IMG/VR virus record: IMGVR_UViG_3300037067_004188
Source of the DNA: an uncultured virus (IMG/VR IMGVR_UViG_3300037067_004188)
Taxonomy: Duplodnaviria; Heunggongvirae; Uroviricota; Caudoviricetes
Length of the DNA stretch: 64,000 bases
Direction: 5' to 3' (one strand)
In this document: piece by piece, positions 40,156 through 49,769 of the stretch
Layout of the letters: every line of letters starts with the position of its first letter
Numbering within the stretch: position 1 is the stretch's first letter
Translations under genes and position numbers: made by a program
The notes under the pieces: generated by a model
What the model was told of the DNA's origin: nothing
The model's input: the letters and a program-made list of their open reading frames with translations, nothing else
Database searches by the model: none

Positions 40156-41133
40156 TTAATGGACCTGCCGTCTTTGTAACAGCGACTTCTTCTTATTCTG
40201 TTCGCTTATTTCTTTCCACTGTTTCATTGCTTCTTCTGGATTCCTGCTTATCTTGAAACCTTCGGGAAGTGACACTGCATCAGTACCCGAACCACCTAAC
40301 ACAGAGGCGTCATTCTCTTTTTTGATACTGATGGTTTCTTGCTGTTTAACTGCGTCTGCATACATCTTTAAGGCTTTTTTATTTAACTGCCTTGCAGACA
40401 CTAAATCATCAGCCCACCCCTCATCACCCTCTAGTTTCTTATTCATAAATTCTATCCGCATTTTTTCTGCTGTATTCTGGGCACGGATAATCTGTCGTAT
40501 CACCGTATCCTCAATGTCTGACAATTCGCTTTTTAACTCTACAAAAGTTTGCTCAGTGTCATAATTGGCGATACGTTCCAGTTCAGCTTGATCGGCAGTC
40601 ATTTTCCTCTCTGCTTTGAATTCCTGAAGTTCACCCCTAATGGTTTTAACTTCGTTTATTATTTCAATCGTTTGAGAGGAATTTTCATTCCCGTTACGCG
40701 GCATCGTGGGTTTTGCTACTGGTTTTGTCACTGGCTGTTCCTCAAATAGATTCAGAAAGTCGTCATCAGATTCTCCACTAGGAGTTTGCTGATTTGATCC
40801 TCTCTGCTCTGCGATATTGGCTCTTATTAGCAGTTCTTCTCGTTCTCTTTCCAATGCTGATAGACGCTCAGTCGCCGATTTATGCTCGGCTTTTACCTTG
40901 TCTAACTCTGATTGCATTGTCCGAGTAAGTTTGCCCTGATTTGCCAGTTTGACTAGCTCTATACCGTCAATTTCTTCTCCTGTTTTTGAATTGAGCAAAT
41001 ATCTATTGTCCAACCCAATCGGAGAAGCCACGCCCTGCGGATTGGTTATCCCATCCTGATCTGAGACTTGAGATTCAACCCCAGTTTCCCCGATCACTTT
41101 TGAATCCTGTCCATTTTTTCCTGTTGCACCCAT
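40156..41133 (-). CDS. Scaffolding protein (putative)
   Basis: Acidic coiled-coil protein between portal and capsid. Confidence 0.65.
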   Translation of the reverse strand: MGATGKNGQDSKVIGETGVESQVSDQDGITNPQGVASPIGLDNRYLLNSKTGEEIDGIELVKLANQGKLTRTMQSELDKVKAEHKSATERLSALEREREELLIRANIAEQRGSNQQTPSGESDDDFLNLFEEQPVTKPVAKPTMPRNGNENSSQTIEIINEVKTIRGELQEFKAERKMTADQAELERIANYDTEQTFVELKSELSDIEDTVIRQIIRAQNTAEKMRIEFMNKKLEGDEGWADDLVSARQLNKKALKMYADAVKQQETISIKKENDASVLGGSGTDAVSLPEGFKISRNPEEAMKQWKEISEQNKKKSLLQRRQVH

Positions 41134-41196
41134 TTGATTACCTCACTGTTGCGGAGTCATCACGCTGTGCTTTTAGCGTAATTTCCTTCCCATTAA

Positions 41197-43170
41197 TTAA
41201 CCTACGGCAGACTGTTCATCTGCCTGATCTAAATGTTGATTTAGTTGTGATGGGTCAATACCCAACATTTGCGCAAACTGCGATACACCATCCTGCCCTT
41301 GACCTTGTGGTTGTCCTTGCATTTGCTGACCTATTTGAGACATACCTAAATCTTGAATTCCCTGCATCTGTGCTTCCAGTTTGCTGATTTCTGTTTGTAA
41401 CAGTTGGATAAAATCATACAAATATGGATTTTTCATATTTGCCATCATAATTGCGCATGATTTCATTATTTGCGGATTCTGCGAAGCAAGTGAGTTCATC
41501 ACTATTTCATTCATTTGTGTTAATACATTGACCCGATCAACATCATTTGATGGCGTGGTCGAACCAGACACGACCTTTCGGCTAAACTGTGCCGTCATGT
41601 GCGCCGAAGTCCATTCAATATATCGCATTTGTCCCTTGTTACTTACGGCAATATGCCTCCCAGGTTTATATTTCAACTGCATAAGACCATCACACAAAAC
41701 GCTGATGTCGTAAATACACAAATCCAACAGCTCTATTGGTGTTCTCAACGGTGTGAATGACGCACTCTGCAATCCCTGTAATGTGGTCCCTGGTAAGTGT
41801 GACGTCCCACTAGGGGCTTGACCTGTCATCTCTGGTGCGATACCGCCCAAGTCTTGTATTGAGTTACGATAATCCACTGCTAATTGCTGTACTGACGGAT
41901 CCATTTGGCCAGGGGGTATTCTCTGTATTGCATTTGCCACTGACTGATAACGAGGATTGATAGTCAGGATTTCCCCTGGTTCACCTGTAATATCCTGCAC
42001 GTCTTTCCCCACAAGTCCATCTTCCATGACACCCATCATACTGTTAGCCGCCGTTGATGTATGGATTGCTATGTTCGTCATGGTTCTGTTGTAACCATGC
42101 TGGACAGGAATCATACTTTCTACCATGCCATGTGCCATGTAGATTAGGTTTCTGCCCTGATCGTCTGATGTAGTCTGATGGTAGAGCAACACAAATGGGT
42201 CACGTAAAGACCCGATAAGTTTTCTCTTGCTAACTGCTTGTCCTGATTCTGTGTCTATTTCTGGTATTGTTTTATATTCTGCGTTAGGATTAGTAATGAT
42301 TTTTATGATGTAGTTATTTATCATGGTAACGACTATCCCGAAAGACAAGTCAATACCTTCATATTTCTGTTTAAGCATTTCTTCTGGATCGACATACATT
42401 ATGGGCTTTAGCCAACACTCATAGACCTCTACTCTTGGGTCAACGTCACCCTTCTCGGAATCAGAACTCAATGCGGTAGTAGCATATCCAGAACTTTTAT
42501 CAGCACGTCTGCCAACCTTTGACCGTAGACCCAACGCTATCTCTCCTTCTGACCCCCATTTCTGCACTATATATTCTGGTGTCATCCAGAGACGGTGTAT
42601 CTTGTATCTGCAATCCTGCCCTCTGTGGTCATTAGAAGCATAAGGATCGAGGAAGAGATCGTCAGGAACGCATTTGAATAACGATATTTCTCCTTCTTTG
42701 CCTTTAGTCTGATCATAGGGATTCCAGATATTTTTTCCTACTGATAGCCCACCAATACACTTTTCTTGTGTAAGGGTATACATGACGTTGCCGATATTAG
42801 CACCATCTGGCTCCCATAACGCAGAACGCATTAAGTCCATGTGATCGGCTAAATCTGCGTCTTGTGGTCTTTCTGAGAATGGTTGGGAATGAATTTGGGG
42901 TCGGTTCATTAGATAAACAGAAACCGCATTATCTACGGATTGTTTGATGCGGTTCTCGAAGGCAATTACATTTTGGGGGTATTCACCATTTTCGTCTGTC
43001 ATCTCGGTCTCGCCATCAGGTGATAACCATTGGGAATTTGCGTTATAGTGTTTTCGGCACTTCGCCATGACTTTCAGATAGTCTATTCGTGTGGTATGAT
43101 TTCTCGATTCATCTATCATCCCATTGAGATATTCTGGTGTAAGCCCTTTTATGTTGATTTTCTTTGGCAT
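41197..43170 (-). CDS. Portal protein (P22-like)
   Basis: 657 aa; FENRIKQSV, PDDLFLDP, GMVESMIPVQ..YN, Q-rich C-terminus. Confidence 0.8.
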   Translation of the reverse strand: MPKKINIKGLTPEYLNGMIDESRNHTTRIDYLKVMAKCRKHYNANSQWLSPDGETEMTDENGEYPQNVIAFENRIKQSVDNAVSVYLMNRPQIHSQPFSERPQDADLADHMDLMRSALWEPDGANIGNVMYTLTQEKCIGGLSVGKNIWNPYDQTKGKEGEISLFKCVPDDLFLDPYASNDHRGQDCRYKIHRLWMTPEYIVQKWGSEGEIALGLRSKVGRRADKSSGYATTALSSDSEKGDVDPRVEVYECWLKPIMYVDPEEMLKQKYEGIDLSFGIVVTMINNYIIKIITNPNAEYKTIPEIDTESGQAVSKRKLIGSLRDPFVLLYHQTTSDDQGRNLIYMAHGMVESMIPVQHGYNRTMTNIAIHTSTAANSMMGVMEDGLVGKDVQDITGEPGEILTINPRYQSVANAIQRIPPGQMDPSVQQLAVDYRNSIQDLGGIAPEMTGQAPSGTSHLPGTTLQGLQSASFTPLRTPIELLDLCIYDISVLCDGLMQLKYKPGRHIAVSNKGQMRYIEWTSAHMTAQFSRKVVSGSTTPSNDVDRVNVLTQMNEIVMNSLASQNPQIMKSCAIMMANMKNPYLYDFIQLLQTEISKLEAQMQGIQDLGMSQIGQQMQGQPQGQGQDGVSQFAQMLGIDPSQLNQHLDQADEQSAVG

Positions 43171-43189
43171 TTCGATACCTAAAGGGCGC

Positions 43190-43252
43190 CAATAGCCAAA
43201 TAAAAAAAGCCTGCGACAGCAAATAGTATCTGGCTATTGACGCAGGCTTTTT
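43190..43252 (-). terminator. Intrinsic terminator-like hairpin in the leader of the head operon, loop complementary to downstream sequence
   Basis: AAAAAGCCTGCG/CGCAGGCTTTTT stem plus U-tract; loop CAATAGCCA vs downstream TGGCTATTG. Confidence 0.65.
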
Positions 43253-43287
43253 ATTTTAGAGTTTCAATGTGATTGTGTTACACTACT

Positions 43288-43316
43288 AAGATAATTCATT
43301 TATAAACAAATGTCAA
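43288..43316 (-). promoter_or_regulatory. Sigma70-like promoter upstream of portal
   Basis: TTGACA-17-TATCTT. Confidence 0.6.
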
Positions 43317-43325
43317 GAACTTTCT

Positions 43326-43760
43326 TTATACATTTTCCCCTGGTTCTCGTATCATCTTCCTGATAAAGATATTCATGCTAGACGAATTCAGGCACACATA
43401 GTGAATCATCTTCTCCACCAGTTTATTCATTCTGGCAGTTCTCGGTTTCATTAGTTCCTCTTGCTCTTTGGCTAAAACTTCCAACTGACCTCCATAGATT
43501 TTACGTTCTAGCTTCCTGAGATTATCTATTGCGTATTTGTTGGTTAGTTCAATAGCCCATACCTTCGGAGATGCCTCTGTGACAAACTCACGATAAGGCT
43601 CAAACATCTCAATATCTTTTTTTGCCTTCGTGAGTTCGTCACAGAGTTTTATATTCTTTGCCTTTAGTTCCTCATACTGCGCTTGTAAGGTTCTATGTTC
43701 CTCTATAACGCCCTGCATTTCGTCAATCTTTGATTTCTGTTCAGTCTTTTTAACCTGCAT
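43326..43760 (-). CDS. Hypothetical coiled-coil protein
   Basis: 144-aa ORF in the operon direction. Confidence 0.5.
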   Translation of the reverse strand: MQVKKTEQKSKIDEMQGVIEEHRTLQAQYEELKAKNIKLCDELTKAKKDIEMFEPYREFVTEASPKVWAIELTNKYAIDNLRKLERKIYGGQLEVLAKEQEELMKPRTARMNKLVEKMIHYVCLNSSSMNIFIRKMIREPGENV

Positions 43761-43919
43761 TTGGCACCCCTTTCGATATTTTCATTATCTCTTTGGTCAT
43801 AGATTCTATCAAAACGGGATCGAGTATCTTTTTTTTGTTCCGCTTATCACAATAACCTCTTGCCAACGCACCACGTACCAATTGCCTTTTAGATTCTTGT
43901 TTTTTCTGCATAATTCCTC

Positions 43920-45707
43920 CTACATCCAATATGTTCTTTTTCTAGGTTTTTCTTTATTCATTTGGGATGCAATATTTATCATTATCTTGCCATCCTCAAT
44001 AGAGAAAATACCTTTGGCATCCCCATCATCTTGCTTGCCTAATATGGCGATCACTGGTCTAAACCCTTGCTTATGCGCCTCATCCGCTATCGCACAGGCA
44101 AATAACCTATCATCATGGGATGATCGCTTTGCCTCAAATTTGCCCTTCGGTCCCATCATAAAGTCCAGAGCCTCTGAAAACCATCCAATATCTTTGACTG
44201 TTGCGCCTCTGCCAGCCTGAATATTCTGGTAGCATGATTTCAACCTCTCCTCCATGTCTTTCAGTAATTGATTCCTCGACCCCCTGCCTGTTTTCCAACC
44301 TACATTTGCGGTGGTTCTCTGCCCGAACTGTGTAATGTCCTCTGACATGCGTATATAAATCTGTTTATGTCTGTATGGCTTAATGCCATGCTCTTTAGAG
44401 CCATTGACTAATAGTTCCATTGGCACACTGTCCCAAAAAACCTCTACCGCCAAATAAGCTGGATCGCCATCTCTATCACGATAATAATATCCCGCCTTCC
44501 ACATCTCTTTCGCAAAGGTAGATGAACTCATATAACCATGCAGACACGCCACGATTGACTTGTTATCACCCCTTATCACGTAGGCACAGAAATAGTCACC
44601 GTAATTGCCCTCACCAGCCACATCACCGCCTATGAAATATTTTGGTTTTAACGATCCATCCTTTAATGGGTGTTCCCATATTTTCCACGTATAGCCCTCG
44701 ACTGGATATTCAGGATAAAAACCCTCTCGTTCCCTCTTCTCAAAGATTATAGAGTATTCGTCTTTTGCCATATCATCATATTCTAGCATACCGTATTCAG
44801 GCTCGGATTCCTCTGGATGCTGTAATAAGTATTTCCTGCACTCATCCACGTATAATTCGCTCATAAAGGTCTGCCCTGTGATGATAATGAGTCTGCCAGT
44901 AGAACGGACTATCCTTTCTTCCTCCGACATACCAGCAAGGTTGCCCTCAAACCATTCCATGTCTATTAGCGGATTTGTCTCTGTATTCCCATAGAATATA
45001 TCCAATAACGGAAAGGCAGAGGGATCACGCTCATAGGGTTCAAGGACATTTTTTTTGAACCATTGCACCAGATTCGCCTTTAGGAAGAAATCAGGGTCGT
45101 TATAATTTATAATGCCAGTAAATCCATACCAGAGAGTTCCCTTCGTTATGTCAAACCTATGCCTCATTTCGTTGTATATAACTTCGCTATGTGGCTCATC
45201 CGCACATATATAGTCTATATTGCCACCTGTATAGGAGATATAACCTTGCTTTTGTGTCTTAAAGTTTATATCAGCAATCTCACCAGTAGCATTGGTATAA
45301 ATCCCGCCATCCGCCCTTATCTTGAAATAATCACCTAGGGTCTTATCGAAGGTTGGCTGAATAGTTGTTGCCTGCGTATCGGTTGACCATGTAGAAATCC
45401 ATCCCTGCAATCGCCTGCCAGTCGGAACACGCTTACGGATATATGGGTCGAGTAACCATCCTGTATTTTTGTTATAGATGTCTTTCTCTGGAACAAGTAA
45501 ATACCCAGCCTTAATAAGTTGGCAATATGTCTTACCAAACTTATTACCTGCCAGTATCACTACCTGCGGTTTGGTAGACTTGAATATGGGTTCTTGGCTA
45601 AACGTCCCTGTCGTGGGCTTAAAGGTCGTCAGTGCTGTGATTTTTGATTCGCTAATGACCTGCGACAATTCAATAAATTCTAGTTCTTTTTCTGGTTTCT
45701 TTTTCAT
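43920..45707 (-). CDS. terL: Terminase large subunit
   Basis: Walker A AGNKFGKT, Walker B ICADEP, RNase H-like IGGDVA and HDDRLFA. Confidence 0.88.
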   Translation of the reverse strand: MKKKPEKELEFIELSQVISESKITALTTFKPTTGTFSQEPIFKSTKPQVVILAGNKFGKTYCQLIKAGYLLVPEKDIYNKNTGWLLDPYIRKRVPTGRRLQGWISTWSTDTQATTIQPTFDKTLGDYFKIRADGGIYTNATGEIADINFKTQKQGYISYTGGNIDYICADEPHSEVIYNEMRHRFDITKGTLWYGFTGIINYNDPDFFLKANLVQWFKKNVLEPYERDPSAFPLLDIFYGNTETNPLIDMEWFEGNLAGMSEEERIVRSTGRLIIITGQTFMSELYVDECRKYLLQHPEESEPEYGMLEYDDMAKDEYSIIFEKREREGFYPEYPVEGYTWKIWEHPLKDGSLKPKYFIGGDVAGEGNYGDYFCAYVIRGDNKSIVACLHGYMSSSTFAKEMWKAGYYYRDRDGDPAYLAVEVFWDSVPMELLVNGSKEHGIKPYRHKQIYIRMSEDITQFGQRTTANVGWKTGRGSRNQLLKDMEERLKSCYQNIQAGRGATVKDIGWFSEALDFMMGPKGKFEAKRSSHDDRLFACAIADEAHKQGFRPVIAILGKQDDGDAKGIFSIEDGKIMINIASQMNKEKPRKRTYWM

Positions 45708-45708
45708 C

Positions 45709-46179
45709 CTAAATCCATCTTTCCGAGTCTGGTTTTGGTATAGCTGTATTATTAGAATCGGAATCCAGCGTGGGTTTCCGTATACATCTCACGTCACTTG
45801 TTTCGTGGTGAAAATATTTCTTTGGATGATATAGTTCCGTGGAATCACCATAGTAAATATCTTTCCCGCAGTTCAGACAAGCCCATACCCGCTTTTTCTC
45901 TTTGGGTTTTTCCTCCCAATCAGGACAATTCTTCCCATCCTCTTTTTTCATTGGTTCATATATCGGAGTACCCATTGTACCATTAAACTTCATCCAGCAC
46001 CAATTTATACAGGCACAAGCTGAATTGTTATAATGACTGCAAGTTTCGCATCTCTTATCAACATCCTTGCCATTAATTTTGCTAAAGTCTGTAACAAAAG
46101 GCGCATTTCTCATAAATTCAATCGCTTCTTTATGAAGTTCCTCGATGCGTTTACATAAATTTTCAAAATCTATTGCCAT
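45709..46179 (-). CDS. Cys-rich hypothetical protein
   Basis: CETC, CLNC motifs. Confidence 0.5.
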   Translation of the reverse strand: MAIDFENLCKRIEELHKEAIEFMRNAPFVTDFSKINGKDVDKRCETCSHYNNSACACINWCWMKFNGTMGTPIYEPMKKEDGKNCPDWEEKPKEKKRVWACLNCGKDIYYGDSTELYHPKKYFHHETSDVRCIRKPTLDSDSNNTAIPKPDSERWI

Positions 46180-46180
46180 A

Positions 46181-46999
46181 TTATGCCTCCAATTCTTCTA
46201 TTATGCTTTGAATTTCTAGTTCTATAAGCCTCAACCTCTTGGTTACTTTCTCTATTTCTACCTCAGAGGGGATGACATTTGCCAACATACGAAATATATC
46301 AGGAACGCCCCATCCCTGAGTTGTGTTCCAGCCAATGACGCTCAATGAACTGAAATCCCTAATTAAGTCCTGTAATTCGTGGAATGATAAATCCCTTTTG
46401 ACTGATTTTAGCAAGGCTATAATTCCACACATATTAGAACATGCTATCGAGCCACCGTCAATATTTTCCCAGCCATGAAGTAGACCCCATTTATCCGCAT
46501 ATCCTGGCACTATACAATCAATTTTATTACCATAATTAGACCCGCACCAATGATGAAATACCCATCTTTGTCCAAATTGATCGGCAGAACCAATGGATAT
46601 TACGCCTTCTAATACCGCAGGATAGTCTATGTATCTTTTATTCCTATCCCCTGTTGGTGCAACAATAATCATTCCGTTATTATGGGCTTTCTCAATTACT
46701 TCTTCCCACGCTTTTCCATATTCCAAATTCCTGAAAGTCTTTGTGCAACAGAACACATGGCATCCCTTCTCGATGGCACGGTGAATCTGATCAATAACGT
46801 AAATCTGATTGAGTTCATTGGTTTCCTCTGAAAGAATATACTTAGCCCCATTAGCGATATACGATATATGTAAGGCGCTTAAACTGTGTTCTATATCTGA
46901 ATCGAGCAATCCCACAATAGACCCGTAACCCTGAGAATACTTCCATGCTCTCTCGATATTGAGTATTTTTAGATACCATTCAGGAGTTATGTTCGACAT
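46181..46999 (-). CDS. S8 subtilase-like protein, apparently degenerate
   Basis: VGLLDS, YPAVLEGVISIGS, SNYG, GGSIAC..GIIALLKS, GWGVPD; HGT motif absent; probable start MSNITPEW. Confidence 0.7.
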   Translation of the reverse strand: MSNITPEWYLKILNIERAWKYSQGYGSIVGLLDSDIEHSLSALHISYIANGAKYILSEETNELNQIYVIDQIHRAIEKGCHVFCCTKTFRNLEYGKAWEEVIEKAHNNGMIIVAPTGDRNKRYIDYPAVLEGVISIGSADQFGQRWVFHHWCGSNYGNKIDCIVPGYADKWGLLHGWENIDGGSIACSNMCGIIALLKSVKRDLSFHELQDLIRDFSSLSVIGWNTTQGWGVPDIFRMLANVIPSEVEIEKVTKRLRLIELEIQSIIEELEA

Positions 47000-47000
47000 C

Positions 47001-47360
47001 TCAAGACCCCCATAAATAATTTGGACGAAGTGGATTGGGAATAATATCAGGAAGAATATCAATAAACTTCCATTCATCAGAAGAAATCTTAATTATTGAC
47101 TTTAGATTACCCATCCACATTCCAAGTATAACGTTATCTGGTATAAACTCCTCAATCTTGATATATGAACTTTGTTTATCATATTTGAGTCCTTGCTCCA
47201 TCAAATAATCCAGGGTCTTCTGGTTCATAATTATTTTACTATACTTAGGTTTACATTTCTCAAGCATTTCAAAGGCTTCTTTTAGACCTTCTAGCGTCAA
47301 CGGTTTTGTTGGTTTGTCGCAACTTGTTGTCATATTTTCAAACATTGCCGATCTCCTCAA
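47001..47360 (-). CDS. Hypothetical protein
   Basis: ORF in the operon direction. Confidence 0.45.
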   Translation of the reverse strand: MRRSAMFENMTTSCDKPTKPLTLEGLKEAFEMLEKCKPKYSKIIMNQKTLDYLMEQGLKYDKQSSYIKIEEFIPDNVILGMWMGNLKSIIKISSDEWKFIDILPDIIPNPLRPNYLWGS

Positions 47361-47363
47361 TAA

Positions 47364-48314
47364 TTATCTCGATGCCTCGATGCGCATGCAATCTTCATCC
47401 TCATGATAGGTGCTTACCTCTAAAAGGTAGGCATCACCAGAAATCGGCATAAACCAGTGTGGCTCTCTACGCTCTATCGTAACTTTATCCCCTACAACAC
47501 AAGTGTGTAGTAATCCACTATGGTTGATATGCACAATCCCCGATAGCACCATAAAGGTTTCATGTTTCTTTTCGTGATAATGAATACTAGATTTATGACC
47601 TTCTTTTAACTTCAATATCTTTGAACAGTAATTACCATCCTTACTGTTCACCAGCCAATACTCGTTACCCCACACTTTTTCTATCGAATGTAAATTCTTT
47701 AATGTAGATAAAATATTAGTATTTATTCTCGGATTGATGAGGTTAATAACAGATTCTTTGAGATTCGGAAATGTTACGTCTGCCTCTGTTACACAATGAT
47801 CTCCTCTTGGTATGTCTATATGGGCTAGATGCCCTATACCCGCCCTACGAAACGCCAATATGTCTGATCTTGCATCACCAGCCCCAAATGAATCCCTGAG
47901 ATTGATATTGTCACGTATTGCAAATCTGAGAACAGCGTCTCTTTTAGCTATTACTTTGAGTTCGCTATCTTCGGTAGGGGTCGTGCAAATTGCGTAATCT
48001 ACCATAACGCCTGTTGATTCATGAACTTTGTATCGCATATAATCACATATATCATCAATCTGCGTATAACTTGCCTTGCCCTCCACGATTGCATTTTGGC
48101 AAGTAATCCAATATATTTTGAAGCCCGCATCGCCAAGTACTCGCATGGAATCCACCGCCCCGTCGATAAACTCGATCTGATCCTTGTAAAGCGTGTAATA
48201 CGGTCCCGACGTTTTTGAACGGTCATTATGATTTATTACACCGTCACGATCTATGAAGGCTCCCTTAACCATTTTATCCTCCTTGTTATTTACAACCCTA
48301 ACGCCATTTGCCAA
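47364..48314 (-). CDS. GmhB-like HAD phosphatase fused to a cupin (sugar isomerase-like) domain
   Basis: FIDRDGVIN, GDARSD; cupin KVWG.E.W...SSIHYHEKKHETF...H.F..LLEVST. Confidence 0.8.
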   Translation of the reverse strand: MANGVRVVNNKEDKMVKGAFIDRDGVINHNDRSKTSGPYYTLYKDQIEFIDGAVDSMRVLGDAGFKIYWITCQNAIVEGKASYTQIDDICDYMRYKVHESTGVMVDYAICTTPTEDSELKVIAKRDAVLRFAIRDNINLRDSFGAGDARSDILAFRRAGIGHLAHIDIPRGDHCVTEADVTFPNLKESVINLINPRINTNILSTLKNLHSIEKVWGNEYWLVNSKDGNYCSKILKLKEGHKSSIHYHEKKHETFMVLSGIVHINHSGLLHTCVVGDKVTIERREPHWFMPISGDAYLLEVSTYHEDEDCMRIEASR

Positions 48315-48493
48315 CTATTTTGACCGACAAATTCACCTATACGGTTTAGAACGGAATCTATATCTTTAAGTTCGTGATCCCAAATGATTAAAACCTGATA
48401 ACCAATTCTTCCCCATGCTTCCTGCCATGCTTCATCAGAATATTCGTCTTTGTGCCAATATTTACCATAAAATTCAATAATAATCCATGTCAA
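48290..48493 (-). pseudogene. Truncated Vsr/DUF559-like endonuclease fragment
   Basis: IIEFYGKYWH...GYQVLIIWDHEL; the N-terminal PD motif is missing. Confidence 0.55.
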
Positions 48494-48537
48494 GATATGC
48501 GCCTTTATTCAATATTCCAAACCCCCATAATATTAAA

Positions 48538-49016
48538 GTGGAGGCTTCGCTGTGCAACTCCGCCTCCTGTTTCGTTTTATCGTTTGTGGTCTTTGTTTAT
48601 ATTATATATCGCTCATGAAGACTGCATTTAGCACAATTATCAGCCATGCCAAGTCTGGACATGCGAGAAAAGGTTTTCAATCGCAGGGTAACGTATCTAC
48701 CTAAAACCCTCTTGATAATACGTCTAGCTGTTTATTAGGTTCGCTTCGGGGTTTATCCCTGATTATTAATTCAGCAGGGTATATCGTTCTCGCTATAAAC
48801 CAACCTCTTTATCCAGAACCATGAGCCTATGGGCTGTTTATGTCAAGTTAATGCGGGGTGTTTCGTTGGCACGCCTCGCAAAGCCATTGTAACGTTACAA
48901 CAGTCTATTTCTATCGGTAAGACTATCCCTTCTGCCTTCATTCAAGGTGTCTCAGAGCAGTATGTAGATTTTTCATTGGCGCTCTGCCCAACTTGGCTTA
49001 TCTACGAACCAAATTA
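48538..49016 (-). ncRNA. Putative structured non-coding RNA region (several modules)
   Basis: No credible ORF; nested helices and crossing pairings (see findings); modules delimited by TAACTTGACAT. Confidence 0.5.
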
Positions 49017-49028
49017 ATGTCAAGTTAG

Positions 49029-49108
49029 TGGTGGTGTGGTGAGAGTCGAACTCACTCTCCGTAATTCCTGCAGCTCCTTACGAAGGTACCCAAAGTTGAC
49101 ACACCACC
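49029..49108 (-). ncRNA. tRNA-like RNA (canonical T-arm and 3' ACCA, atypical D and anticodon arms)
   Basis: GTGAG-TTCGACT-CTCAC then CACACCACCA pairing with 5' TGGTGGTGTG; no canonical anticodon loop. Confidence 0.55.
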
Positions 49109-49125
49109 ATGATTTTACTAAGAAT

Positions 49126-49153
49126 ATTATAGGTTTTTAATTTTTATTGTCAA
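49126..49153 (-). promoter_or_regulatory. Sigma70-like promoter for the ncRNA block
   Basis: TTGACA-16-TATAAT just upstream of the tRNA-like element. Confidence 0.65.
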
Positions 49154-49328
49154 GGACTTTGATGTTTGTCTGTGTTTCAGCCTTATCCGCCTTTACTCGT
49201 TTCTCTATTTCCAAAGTGACGATCTCTAACTCTCCCCAATCATGATCAACGGCATACTCTAATGCCAGTGTCCGTAAATCTTCCGTTTCTGCTATTGCCA
49301 CGTATTTAACCAAAATACCATTATCCAT
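49137..49328 (-). CDS. Hypothetical protein
   Basis: Short ORF in the operon direction. Confidence 0.4.
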   Translation of the reverse strand: MDNGILVKYVAIAETEDLRTLALEYAVDHDWGELEIVTLEIEKRVKADKAETQTNIKVLDNKN

Positions 49329-49331
49329 GTT

Positions 49332-49769
49332 TTACCCCAACGCTCTTCTAAGAAATTTTGCAGCTAAGTCAACTATCTGTTCTTGGTCTGCCTGTATTAT
49401 CCAGTAGTCTAAACGAGCAAATTCTAAATCAGGATTTACCTGATAATCCGTTATCGTGGCATACTTGTTATCGTCAATACCGATTCCGACCTTGATACAG
49501 TCTGCCAAAATATCAATGGTATTAAGTGCATCGCCCTTCTCACTTTTCTTTGAACACAATATGAATATCCACGTCTTACAATCCGCCCATGATATTTCCT
49601 GTATCTTGCACTCAACGTCAATTTCCTCGATAATCCTGTTCATGTAGAGATTATTGGTGTTGACAAGTAGTGTTCCACCATTGAAATTTACCCTATGCCG
49701 AGTATTCTTGGAAATCTTCTTGAAATCCAATTCCGTCCAAAGATGTAGGATTTTGGGTTCATTCATCAT
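49332..49769 (-). CDS. RusA-like Holliday junction resolvase (putative)
   Basis: ISKN, GDALNTIDILADCIKVGIGIDDNK resembling RusA D..N..K...D...DD. Confidence 0.5.
   Translation of the reverse strand: MMNEPKILHLWTELDFKKISKNTRHRVNFNGGTLLVNTNNLYMNRIIEEIDVECKIQEISWADCKTWIFILCSKKSEKGDALNTIDILADCIKVGIGIDDNKYATITDYQVNPDLEFARLDYWIIQADQEQIVDLAAKFLRRALG

Noticed and set aside
48538..49108. tmRNA, group I intron or HDV-like ribozyme
   Set aside because: No alanine G3:U70 acceptor or tag frame, and no recognisable intron or HDV core by eye
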